This document shows positions 49,239-61,268 of a stretch of DNA of 64,000 nucleotides, in pieces. A program made the position numbers and the translations under genes. The notes beneath the pieces were generated by a model. It was not told the DNA's origin, ran no database searches, and worked only from the letters and a program-made list of their open reading frames with translations. The stretch covers positions 3,534,001 through 3,598,000 of the forward strand of contig JBHGNT010000004.1 in NCBI GenBank assembly GCA_043228905.1, given 5' to 3'. Each line of letters opens with the position of its first letter. Positions within the stretch are counted from its first letter, which is position 1. This DNA is from Azolla caroliniana. Taxonomy: Eukaryota > Plantae > Polypodiophyta.

Positions 49239-51382
49239 TTTCTCTTCAGTACTTAGCTCTAGCAAGAGACGACTTGACAAATCAAGTAGAAGGACGGACC
49301 TTGACAAATAAGACGACGTCAGCTGTTTGCAAATTTCTACTTGAAGAGGTTGTCTGCCGATACAGATGTGTGGGAAAGATAGTGGCTGATTGAGGAGAGT
49401 TAGATGCACGCGAAGCAACGGAGCTCTTCGATCAACTAAGCGTGAAGCTCTCCCTCACAATTGCCTAAAATCTAGAAGCGAATGGGAAGATTGAGCGAGG
49501 GCATGGACCAATTGTCAAAGCCATCGTACGAGCTTGCAATGGTCGAGTTGGGAATTGGCCACGACTATTGCCCTATGCCTTGTGGGCCGACAAAACTACA
49601 CATAGTTCAATGACAAGGTATACGCCAATGGAGCTTATGTATGGACAAAAGCCGGTAATGCCCATCGAAAGGACGATCGCCTCATGGGTAGCGATACCAT
49701 GAGAGAACGAGATGAGCCGAGAAGAATTATTAGCGGCACGGATAAGGCAACTTGAAAGGAGACCTGAAGATCTAGAAAAAGCATGAAAGATGATGGAAGC
49801 AGCCCGAGTGAAGAACAAAATTCGGTTCGAGAAGATGCATCGACTACGTCCCAAGAAGATCGAAGAAAGCGATTGGGTATTGGTCTACGACAACAGCCTT
49901 GACAATCAACACAGTACAACAAGAAAGTTCACAAGAAGATGGTTCAAACCATATGTAATGATAAGTTCCAACGACAATGCCACATACCACCTTGCAGAGC
50001 TAGATGGATCAAGGTTGGCCATACCCATTGCAGGAAAAAGAGTAAAGATTTTCAAGAAAAGACAAGACAAGGATCCCAACCTCGATCACCTCGACGATGA
50101 AGATAGTAGGACGGAACCTACAAACTTGAGTTATGTACACGAGGATGTGGAGGAATCTAATTGATCACCGTAGCCGAAATCTCACACTCTCTCTTCTTGG
50201 CACAAACCGGAGGACGTGCGGTTTGGTGGGGGTGATGTCGTGAAGATTTTCGGCGATGGTGTGAAAATTACGAGGAATGTCCAAAATCGAGTGTGGTTCT
50301 TCACATAAGACATGAAACAATGATAGTGAAGATACTATTTTAGATTAGCTTAATATCTTGATAAGGGAAGATGTAGGTCTTCAAGAGCTTCCAAGTGTAC
50401 TTTACTGCATGTGAAATGGACAACTTAGTGTCAAGTTATGTGAGTGTGAAGTTTGAGAAGAAGAAGAGAAAAACAAAATTGTGAGATATCCCACATAGAT
50501 AGGACAAATCAAGATCCCACATTATATAAGCAGAGCCAAAACTTATTACTTTCTATCTATGTGTAGAGCATAGAATGTTCTTGAGCTAAATTGTGGCTTA
50601 ACTACTCGTAATGGTTTTGGTGAACTGAAACCGAAACCGGACGGCGACCGAGCCGGAACCGATACCGGCACCGGACGACGATGAATTTGGAACTAGAATC
50701 GGAACAGACGGACGGCGATGGGACCGAAACTGACATCGGAACCGGATAGACAGGATCACCGAGTCGGAAGCGGACCAAATAGACAAATCGATCAGATAGG
50801 TTGATTGCGACGATTTCGGTGTGAAACGAACAAAAGCATCTAGACTAAAAACCCTATTAGAAATTTGTAATCAAAGGGATGCAAGCAAGGCTTGAACCTT
50901 GCTCCTCCAAGATAGGAAGCAATAGACTTACCACTAGGCTTAATCATTTCCTTAGAAATGTTTTTTCTATCATTATACTTTTACATGTAAATTCTAATAT
51001 TAGAGCTTGATTGAGAGACATGGTATCATGTATCACATGCAATGCATGAGCGCCAAATGGCAAACATGCATCACATGCATTGTATGCATGTCTTATACCC
51101 TCACATGCATCATATGCATGGGGGCGTCTATAAAAGAGTGGATAAAGAAGAAAAACGGGAGCAATGTATCAATCTGGTTCTTCAAATCTAAAGTCAAGAG
51201 TTCAATCTTAATCTCTCTCAATCTAAAGTCAATCGTTCTATCTTATCTCAATCTCTCTCTCTCTCTTTCAATCTATCTTAATTCCTTTCTCGCTAAAGCT
51301 AGTGCAAACTTTGAGTCCTTCCGGTCTTGAACCCTGGTGGTTCTGCCTCACGATCCGCACGTAGTGACGGATCTTCATGACA
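49239..51382 (+). mobile_element. 3' end of an old Gypsy (J) of the same family: decayed integrase, PPT, long 3' LTR 50236-51382
   Basis: YLALARDDLTNQVEGR, WVLVYDNSLDNQHS..RKFTRRWF; PPT ggtgggggtga then TGTCGTGAAGATTTTC; LTR ends ATCTTCATGACA, followed by ATGT. Confidence 0.85.
50881..50942 (-). other. tRNA-like segment with RNA Pol III box A and box B inside LTR J
   Basis: Minus strand reads AAGCCTAGTGG (box A-like) ... GCAAGGTTCAAGCCTTGC (box B GTTCAAGCC inside a T-arm-like hairpin); no full cloverleaf. Confidence 0.45.
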
Positions 51383-53817
51383 ATGTGCAAAACTTGAAGA
51401 GCAAAATGAAGATTAATGCTCATGCTACTATCGTGCCATTTCTAGTAATTGTACATCAACACCAATGTCCAACAATCGCAGACTTCAAGTATAGTTGTGC
51501 TTATGACTATACGTATTATGTAATTGGAGGATCTCATTCAGCTGAAGCTCGTAGACAGCTTGTCAAAGAATACCCTCTCACCCCCTTCTTTAAGTACGCT
51601 GAATGCAAGGTATATGTAGGACTCACTCACGAAGAGGCAAAGTTGCTGGCTTGGGACTATAACAATGATAATGATTATAGGCAGAAGATGTCATGCATTG
51701 AACGGATCAGATTTTTTCATCATGAGTATCTAGATGCATTGGATCGTTTTGGCCCAAGGTTGCACCCTGGTTTGCGTTGCTAGTGTTTAATTAAAGTGGG
51801 ATTGCACTCGATGAGAGCACTAAATTGGAAGGGCTACGAAAATATGATTCCTGGTTTTAATTGGCTTTTCGGACCGGAGAGGTGTGGGATATCCAGGATA
51901 AAATATTTAGCATGTGGGAGCGTAAAGAGGTCAAAAGGCAAATGTTAAAGAAGGGAAAGATTGATCCACAAGTTGAGATCAAATTGAAGTCAAAGGGCAA
52001 AAGCGACTTGGTGATCGAAGAGTTAGCATAAGACATGACGCTTTTACCTTGGAGGTCATTCCAGGGTATTAAGGATGATAGGCTATTAATATTTGTGCTA
52101 TCTCGAGTTGTTGCCAAGGAATTTAGTTTAGACAAGATGGTTGCTGAATTGCAAAAGTAAGGATTTATACTCTACAATTTGTCACAATGTTCTTCTCTAT
52201 TGATTTCTAATTTCATATTTCATATTTATTTTATAGTCACAAGGTATACATGAAGATTCAAGAATTAATGATGCAAAAATTGAGTTTACGACATGGGAAG
52301 AAGTTGAGCAAGTGTGCCCGATAACTTCTTCTTACAAGACACTAGAGGAATATTTTATTGTTTTTAGAGAATGGGTATGTGTCATTTGAATGTTAATACA
52401 TAGAATGCTTATGTTCTCTCCTAAAAAAATCAATACTTGCAGAAACCATCGAAATAAAAAAAGATGACTGACAATAATGATGGTATTCCAGCTGCCTTTA
52501 TCATGCATTTGGAACATGCGAAGTACGAGAAGAGAATGACAAAGGGGAAAGAGATGGAACTGCAAGAGCATTCGGAGACTATAAAGAGTTTTTTGCTAGG
52601 TCCGATGGACCCTATAAACAGTTACATTATAGTGTATTCAATGGGGAAGTGGCAAATATGCTCGATCTATTACCGAGAAGGCACTACACTTTCCTGATAG
52701 TCGACATACCATATGGATTCCGAATTGCGAGATCAACATATGATGATGCGCCTTTCAAGTACCCCCAAATCAAGAAGATGGTAAAGGATTTTGCAAAACT
52801 AACATTGGCCTCCCTGTGGAGGATAATCATATTCCATAGCATGGGGCAATCATTGTCAGTCACAACAGCTCTGAAGTCACGTTGTCATGCCACTAAACAC
52901 ATGCACTGGTGTGTTATAGTTTGTTTTTAATCATTATGATACTTGTTATTATATGTTTAGATTCTAACCTCTAAACCGTGATTTCATTTCTCTGTAGGAT
53001 TAAAACAAATATTACACATAGCCTTGGCGACCGAATGGTTAGTGCGGTCGAACATTTTTGTGTGGGTTAATATGATTCAATAACAAAGAAGAAGGCTAGA
53101 GCACATGTGAACGAGCGTAACGTGGTGAATTATATCATGTGCCTAGCTGTCACAAAAAAATTAAGGCATGTTTCAGGTGATAAGAGTCTAGTGAATCCTT
53201 ATCAAAAACCTCAAAGATTGATCAATTGCCTTCTAGAGCTCTTCTCGAACCCAAATGATTGGGTCCTAGACTTGTTCTCTAGCACAACTATATAATATAA
53301 ATTTACTTAGATTTCTGTCGATCAAGTTTAAGACTATAATTCTTATATATACTTCTTCATGTTCATGCGGCCATTAGGTACTACAACAACTTGTGCATTG
53401 AAGATGTTCCGAAACTATGTTGCGTTGGAGAAGGACCAGCACAAGTTAACTTCATCAAAATGAGGTACTACAACAACTTGTGCATTGAAGATGTTCCGAA
53501 ACTATGTTGCGTTGGAGAAGGACCCTGCACAAGTTAACTTCATCAAAATGAGGATCATAGGAATCTGGGACTATCCAGATCATGATCAAGAAGTTGGAGC
53601 TAAGCACATCAATGAGACAGAGATGTTCCAAATGACTTCACGAGAACCAATGGAATCAATTGATGAAGAAGCAGGGAATCTTGTGGACCTAGAAGAGGTA
53701 AAACAATTTGAACATACGTCAGATTCAGGAGAGCATGGAGATGATATAATTGAGAATATTCTACAACAAACAGTTGTGCCTAAAGAGCCTAGTATGCCAA
53801 ATTTGCTTATAGATTGA
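51383..53817 (+). pseudogene. ParB/Srx-like domain fused to a beta-class N6-adenine/N4-cytosine DNA methyltransferase; spliceosomal introns; 5' end lost
   Basis: N-part: VPFLVIV...YYVIGGSHSAEARRQL. C-part in beta-class order: FLIVDIPYG (motif IV, 52703-52714), HW|IK, NPYQKPQRLINCLLELFSNPNDWVLDLFSST|.TTTTCALKMFRNYVALEKD (motifs X-I-II). Candidate introns 52157-52236, 52375-52442, 52909-52997 (GT-AG) and about 53288-53377 (decayed donor). Several stops and frameshifts. Confidence 0.88.
53376..53553. repeat. ~87-bp tandem duplication of the last methyltransferase exon start
   Basis: aggtactacaacaacttgtgcattgaagatg...ttcatcaaaatg is present twice. Confidence 0.92.
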
Positions 53818-56471
53818 TTTAGATGGCATAATGTATACTTTGAGGATTTTTGAGGCATAATATATACCTTGACTTTATTCTTTTTGTATATGAGAACAAC
53901 AGTAATCGTTTAAGGTTTAATTTTATTTACTCGTTCATTATTTCACTTCTTAATCGTTTTTTGAATTGTAATTTGAATATATATATATATATGAATATAC
54001 ATGAAATGTCACCATGCTCTTCTCCAATTTGGGGTATTAACATGATATTATACATGCTCATTTCTCGTTGCCTGATTATATACATGAATGTTATTGATAA
54101 TAGAAGGTTTTAAGTTACATACGTTCCAAGCTTGTTGATTTCAAATAGTATAACTAAACGCGGTACATAATTGTCACTCTTACTAATTACATTATGATGG
54201 ATTATATGACACTATACAATGAAACTATCGATATACTCGTCCAACAAGTGGGGCACTACTTTCTTCCTCAACACTAAACCCCATATTAAAATTTAGGGTT
54301 TATGTAGTTTTACTCTACAATTTGGATATGGATACCACATAAAGATGTTTAATATTCAACCTAGTATTCAATTATATTCCACGATATACAAATTGATACG
54401 AAAACAAGAGGTATACAATTCACCAAATGCTTGGATTTTATTTAGTTCTATATTTCACCATCCATTCGCAAAATAGGTACACATGCATTGTACATTTTCA
54501 AAATCATGCTAAATTAGGGTATTTTTCTACATCTCACCAACTATGGCAAAAGAGAATATGACATATTACCTGTTTCAAATGACCCGGTGTTATAAGATTA
54601 TGTATGAATAAGTAAGATCAATGGCAACATAAATAGATAACCAGAGTTCAACACGTATGCAAGAGAGAAAGTCAGAGACAGGTAGGCACAATGTCAAGGA
54701 AGTTTATTACAACTTTTACAAATGAGCAACCAACCTCAACTAGGTTACAAAGTCAGTTTATATATACTAACTGACTTAGGGCAACTGCCCTTCTCACTAT
54801 TTACATAAATATACTAAGTCTAGTGTGTACAAAAGAGATAGTGTGAATACGTCCATTAGAAACCTGTATTCAACACTCCCCCGTAATAGGCATATACATC
54901 CGAAATTTGGAAATTAACAAAAGTACGATAACTACAGAATTATACAAAGTTTCTGAACAATAGAAGCGCAAGGAGCCGAATTGGCAGAGTTCGGCGAGAC
55001 AAAAGTTAGAGTACAAGTCATTCCGGTCTATTGTCCGTGAAACATCTTGAATGTCCGATTTAATCGAACCGATTCTCCATTATGCCCATGCGATGCCGAA
55101 GAGATCGAAAACGATCTGCCAAAAGACCCTTGGTTAATGCGTCCACAATGTTATTGGTTGTGGATATTTTCTCTAGACCGATTTTCCCTGAAGTGACGCA
55201 GTCCCGAACGAAATGATATCGAACATCGATATGCTTGCAGGTGTTGTGATTCAAATAGGATTTTTCGACAGAACAACAACACCCTGGCTGTCACTGTAAA
55301 CAATTGGAGTCGAGCAGATTTGGGCTTGTCGAAACGTGCAAGCCATCCAACTAAGCCATAAGGCCTCTTTCGCCTCATTAGACGTGGCTACGTATTCGGC
55401 CTCGGCAGTTGATGTGGTGGTACACTCCTGAAGTTGTGATTTCCACAATATGACTCCATTATCAAATTTGAAACAGTATCCAATTGTCGATTTACCGCTG
55501 TCTATGCAGCCCGCAAAGTCAAAGTTGGTATATCCGACTATGCCTGAGATGTAGTTTGAACCGAATAGGATACCAAGGTCTTCTGTGCCCACCAGATATC
55601 TGAACACATGCTTGACTGCATTCCAGTGCAATCAACCGGGATTATGCATAAATCTGTTGACGACTGCAACGACGTGAGCGATATCAGGCTGTGTCACGAC
55701 CATTGCGTACATTAGGGAGCCAACTGCCAATGCATACAATACTGACTTCAGAATTTTCCCCTCCAGACCGGATATCGGGTAGTCTCACTAAGATAGCCGA
55801 GTATGAATAGGGAGTGGGGTAGAGGCAGATTTCGCCGATTGCATGTTGAAGCGTTTGTGGACACATCCAATGTAGTCAGATTGGGATAGAAACAATTGTA
55901 TTTGATTTCGATTCTGACTTATCTTCATACCAAGAATGTGTTGTGCCAGACCGAGATCCTTCGTGGCAAACTTCAACCTCAGTCGCCAAACGAGTTCAGC
56001 TAGTTCCCCTGCGTGGCGTCCAGAGATTAGCATGCCATCCATGTACATGATGAGGAAGATGGGTGATCCATCTCGAGTTGTTTTCGTCAAGAGACAGTGG
56101 TTCGCATCACACTTTGAGAAGCCAATCGATTGGATTAAGTAGTCGAACTTCTTGTACCACTGTCGCGGCGCCTGTTTCAGGCCGTAAAGATTCTTTCTGG
56201 GTCAGCAAACGAGATGTTCTTGGCCGGATACCACTATGCCTTTTGGTTGCTCCATATAAATTTCCTCCTCAAGTTCACCATGGAGGAAAGCCGTTTTGAC
56301 ATCTAGCTGAACCAGCTCCAAGTTTTCGGATGCCACTACGCCGAGCATTAATCGAAAGGTTGTCATTTTCACCACTCGTGAAAAGATTTCGTTGAAATCA
56401 ATGCCGTATTCCTGTCGAAAACCCTTTGCTACTAATCTGGCCTTGAAGTTCGGGGTGGCCGAATCGGACGT

Positions 56472-59400
56472 TGTTGCGGAAATCCGCGAGTACGTGTAGA
56501 TCTTAGCCAGGACCGCGGGGGTCTTGGACTAGGGAGTAGGGGGGAAATGGAGCTTAGCTCAAGAGGAGAGGTGAAAGATATGACATTAACATATAATGGA
56601 TGGAGGCAAGATACACTCCAAGTTATATTAAGACTCCGCGAACAATTACAACTATGGCCGCATAGGCCGCACCAAACGACTACAAGAAAACCCTAACCGG
56701 ATAAGTAAAGAAGCATAGTAAAACCCTAAAAGAAACCCAAGAAGAAACCCTAAAACCGAATAGAAACTCTCGTCCTAAGTGGTATACCTCTCTCACTCAA
56801 AATAGGCAACCCCTTCACAAGTGATCCCTCCCTTCCTTTTATAGCCCAAGGAGGGAGGGACGTTACAATGTAGGATAAATAAGGGATAAATACTCCCCCC
56901 TTTATTCTATACACCAATTTCTATTCTACATGTGCACATGTTGCACACCGCCGACTTGCCCATTCCATCCAGGTTTCACACCGTAGCCAGAAATCTTCAC
57001 GACATCCGCCCCCACCAAACCACACATCCCATCGACATGTGCCAAGAGGGAAAAAGGTGAAAGATTTTTGGCGACGGTGATCAACCGGGTTCTCCACCTT
57101 CCCAGCACCCGACCGCCTTGCCGGCTCCTACCGAACCTGATCCGTCGACTTCCAGGAACTCACCCCCGCGGCTATCGTTGATGACCTTGCTCAACTTCGT
57201 CTTCCATTTCGAGCATGCCCGTCCCTTCCACACGAACCACCGTAGCCTCCCGTTCCGTCGTATCCGCCGCACGTCCCCGAACCATCCACCCCATCTGATC
57301 TACCATATCCAATGCTCGCACCTTCTTCCCCGATTGGTCCTCCCGTTCACCATTGCTGATCCGGTCACTCTTCTTTTGTCCGTTGTGCATGTCCTCCGAT
57401 TGGGCCCCGGGTCACTTCAATCACACGCCGGATTCCGCCCCTCACATACCACGTGTGTGCCTTCTTCGATTTGACCATCTCTTGGCCCCAAACACCTCGT
57501 GCCAACTCCCTCCATTCTGCGCTCACCTTCCTTAGGTTCTTCCCATGTGTCCTTGACGTCCTTCGAATGCGCGCTCGTTCTCCGGTCCTTAGGTGACCCC
57601 TTAATGCGCTCCTCGCTTCTCCATTGCTCGTCGCGCTCTCTCACAGCAAAGCGTACCATCATCCTAACCTTCGTGTCGGGGTCCTTCGGGGCCCTCGTTA
57701 CCGCTTCATCCCGACTCGTGCCCTCTTGGCCCCCTTGGCCTCGCATGCCCTCCGGGAAGCCGCACTTTCTCTTCCCGACTCGTAGCCCTTTGTTCTCCAT
57801 GCACCTCCTCCGATTCTCAAAACACAACCTGTCGCTCTCATCATTCGTCCATTGATCCTGGCACCTCACCGTTCCGTCTTTTGCCGTGTGCTTGCCTCTC
57901 AAAAGCTCGACCGGACCGCTATCACCGGTCGCTCATTGCCGCTCTTCCGAGCACATGCTTGTTTCTTGGCCCTTCGTCGGTCGTAGTGCATGCTTTGTTT
58001 CATGCCCTTCACTCACCGTGGTCCCGACCTCCGCGTCAGCCTCTTCTTCCTTCCTTGCCGTAGACCCTTCTGTCTTTGTTTGGCCCTCTTGGCCCCGCTC
58101 CTTTGTCTTTCCGCACCGAGTACCCGCTCTGGTAACCTCGTCCACTCCGGCCTCTGATTTCTCGCCGCCACCCGTCCTCTCTCTAGTCTTACGTTGATCC
58201 ACAACCGCCAAAGTCTCTAGAATAGGTGTGGAGGGTCCCTCTCGCTCTCGGTCTTTCACCGAACCGTAGTCGTCACTCCCGGTTGGCCTCCTTCTCGCGC
58301 TCATCGGATCCCACCACGTGTTGTGAACAATATGCCTCGTCCTCCAATCATGCCGGCTTACCCCTTGCCCCGATCTCGTCTCGGCCGATCGGGTATTGGT
58401 TCGATCGACTCTCCTCTGTAATCGTATCCGGCCGGTACGGGTTCGGCTGAACAATTCCGGCCTTGCCGGCTCTTCTTTAGTTTGGGCCCGGTTGACCGGC
58501 CCCCACTCCAATCTTCTTCCGCGTCGCCTTCTGGTTGGGTCGGTTCCCGACTCTCTCCTCTTTTGCGCTCCCGGCCTCTCCTTCGGTCCTTTCGTATATG
58601 CTGGTTCCGGACCTCGCTTCCTCCTCTTTGTACGTGCCCGCTCCGGGCCACTGCTCCTCGCGGCCACCGCCCGTCTCTCCGGTCTTATATTGGTACGCAA
58701 CCGCCATAGTCTCTAGCCCCAGTTTCAATGGATCTCTCCTTCATCCGCTCCAATCTCCCTCCTTCTCTTTGTCGTTGTCTTGGTTGCACGCCTTGCCGCC
58801 GCCAATGTTCGTCACTCTAGGTCTCACGTCGGCTCTCGAGCCAGCCGTCGGAGTCTCTAGAATCGGTCTGGGTAAGGTCCCGGCACCACCGCTTGTCATG
58901 TCCGTCGCCACCTCCTTCCGGATGTCGTCGTCCATGGTTAACCCATCCCCGATCGCACAATCCTCCTCCTCTTCCTTGTTCTCCTTGCCGTCGTCTTTGC
59001 TACTTGTCTTACTGCCGCCACCGTCCGTCAGTCTAGATCTCACGTCGGCACTCGAGCTGGCCGCCAGAGCCTCTAGAACCGGTGTGGGTAAGGTCTCGTC
59101 ACCGCCGCTCATCATGTTTGTAACCACCTCCGTCCGGACGTCGTTGTTCGTGGTTACCCCGTCCTTGATCGCGCAAGCCTCGATTACGCTTCCTTCCTTC
59201 TCGCTCGATGTTTCCATCAATTGTGTCCCGAATCCGCCGCCCACTCTCGAAGTGGTGCTCCCCGTTCTGCAGTCACCGGCCTCATCCATGGTCGTCCCCT
59301 TTCCGCAATACGAGAGGGTCGCATGGTCCGCACCCTCCCCCACGTCACCGTCGTTGTACGCTCTTTCAGCCTCCACATAGGCCCCGTCCTCCACCGTAAG

Positions 59401-60545
59401 GAGGTTCCTTCCTCCGCATCCTCCAATCCTCTCAAGCCCGACTCCATAATAAAACCTACTTCGGCTTCGATCTTCTCCTTCACGATCTCATACACCTCCC
59501 ATACCAACGCCTCGAGGTCGTACTCCTCCGATTGATCGCGCGTTGAGCTCTCTTCCAGCGGTAGTGCGTAGTCACTCACTGCCCTCTCTTCTCCGCCGCT
59601 TGTAGGCCGTATTGTGGCCGACCACTTCTCATCGTGTTGCCGGCATACCCACTCCAGTTTCGCGTACCCGTACGCCTCCAATAGAGCTCCCTCAAAGGAC
59701 ACCCACGACTCATGAGCTTCACAAAGCTCCTCGACCTCTATGTGCGTCGACACGACCGCCACTCGACAAAAATATTCTAGCCTCATCGCTTCATCCACAC
59801 CCCTATTCGTCATCTCAACATTGTATGCTTCTAAGAATCTCGGGACATCGTCCCCGTTGAACCGGCCAACTCGACCGACCACCCTCTCGACGACTTGTTG
59901 GGCTGCATCTCACCTCGCCTTCTTCCGTCTGACATCCATCACAATCTTTGCCATCATCTTCACGAAGTCGAAGTCTTCGTCTTCCATCTCCATCCTCCCT
60001 TGTCACCTCTTCACGTCGGGTTCACCAAATTATGTCGTGAAAATCCACGAGTACTTGTAGGGTCTTAGGCGGGACCACAGGGGTCTTAAACTAGGGAGTA
60101 GGGGGGGAAATGGAGCTTTGCTCAAGAAGAGAGGTGAAAGATATGACATTAACATAGAATGGATGGAGGCAAGATACACTCCAAGTTATATTAAGACTCC
60201 GCGAACGATTACAACTATGGTCGCATAGGCCGTACCGAATGACTACAAGAAAAGCATACTAAAACCCTAAAAGAAACCCAAGAAGAAACCCTAGAAGAAA
60301 CCCTAAAACCAAATAGAAACCCTCAACCTAAATGGTATACTCTCTCACACAAAATAGGCAACCCCTTCACAAGTGACCCCTCCCTTCCTTTTATAGCCCA
60401 AGGAAGGAGGGACATTACAATGTGGGATAAATACTCCCCCCTTTATTCTATACACCAATTTCTATTATATATGTGCACATGTTGCACACTGCCGACTTGT
60501 CCATTCAATCCAGGTTTCACACCGTAGTCGGAAATCTTCACGACA
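56472..60545 (-). mobile_element. Non-autonomous Gypsy-family element D (internal region homologous to C); LTRs 56472-57004 and 60033-60545
   Basis: Perfect 4-bp TSD ACGT (56468-56471, 60546-60549); tRNA-Trp PBS 60010-60027; PPT at 57005; gag N-terminus VGRFNGDDVPRFLEAY; no pol. Confidence 0.92.
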
Positions 60546-61268
60546 ACGTCTCCTTAACTCAATAGACCCACTTGCACGAAAGAGCACGTCAATTCTTCGG
60601 TAATTCGACCAAGTCCTAAGTATTGTTTGCACGAATGGAGTTCATTTTGGACTCCATTGCCAGATGCCAGGTGGCCGAGTGGGTTGATGTCGATGCTTCT
60701 TCATATGACGTCGGTTCTACCCCATCCGTAAAGAAGATACCAAGAGAGTATCTCTCAAGGGATTGCAACAATCTCTCGGATCTTCGAGGTATGACTGGAC
60801 TAGTCGCATCGGGTGTCATGGTCCAAAGCCGAATCGTTCGGCTGTGTCGAGTCGAAATTCTCCGAGTCAGTGGTAGAAGGTTCAGCTACTCATGAAGTTG
60901 ATCGTGTGTTGTGTGTTGGGCCTTCGTGGAGGGTTGGCACATTGGAGAAAGTTACCCTTCGAACTTCGATCAGCTTTTCGACCGACGGATGCATGGCCGA
61001 CTCATTGAACACGATGTCCGAACTTCAGACGATCTGTCTGTGTTCGGGGTCCTAGAGTCAGTATCCCATTTCGCCATCTGGTTCATAACCGAGGAAAATG
61101 CATTTCCTGGATCGCGGTGCAAGTTTGCGGCGATCATCTTTCGAGATGAGGGCATATGCCTCACATTTGAAAATACTCAGCTTGTTGGCTTACTGTAGGT
61201 CATATATCCTGAGGTATCCGAAGTCCTAGAGGCCTACTCGGCGACATATTGATTATGTGTATTTCCGT

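Larger units (their letters stand above)
11108..54591. mobile_element. Large TIR DNA element carrying a ParB-like/DNA amino-methyltransferase gene; interior filled with nested retroelements
   Basis: Left TIR AACACCGGGTCATTTGAAACAAGTAATATGTC (11108-11139) vs right TIR 54560-54591: 31 of 32 match. Flanks ATAA at 11104-11107 and 54592-54595. Native sequence survives only at 11108-11669 and 51383-54591. Confidence 0.8.

Noticed and set aside
51337-51382. Listed start of the 148-aa ORF (MVLPHDPHVVTDLHD)
   Set aside because: These codons are LTR J sequence; the real gene's 5' part is missing.
51383-53817. Bacterial or phage contamination as the source of the methyltransferase
   Set aside because: The gene has GT-AG introns, is interrupted by a plant LTR and is contiguous with plant TEs on both sides.
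54588-54600. TGTTATAAG as an alternative start of the Copia K LTR
   Set aside because: It overlaps the TIR; the ATAA duplication and the LTR-end-like sequence at 11046-11107 explain the junction better, though this is not fully excluded.
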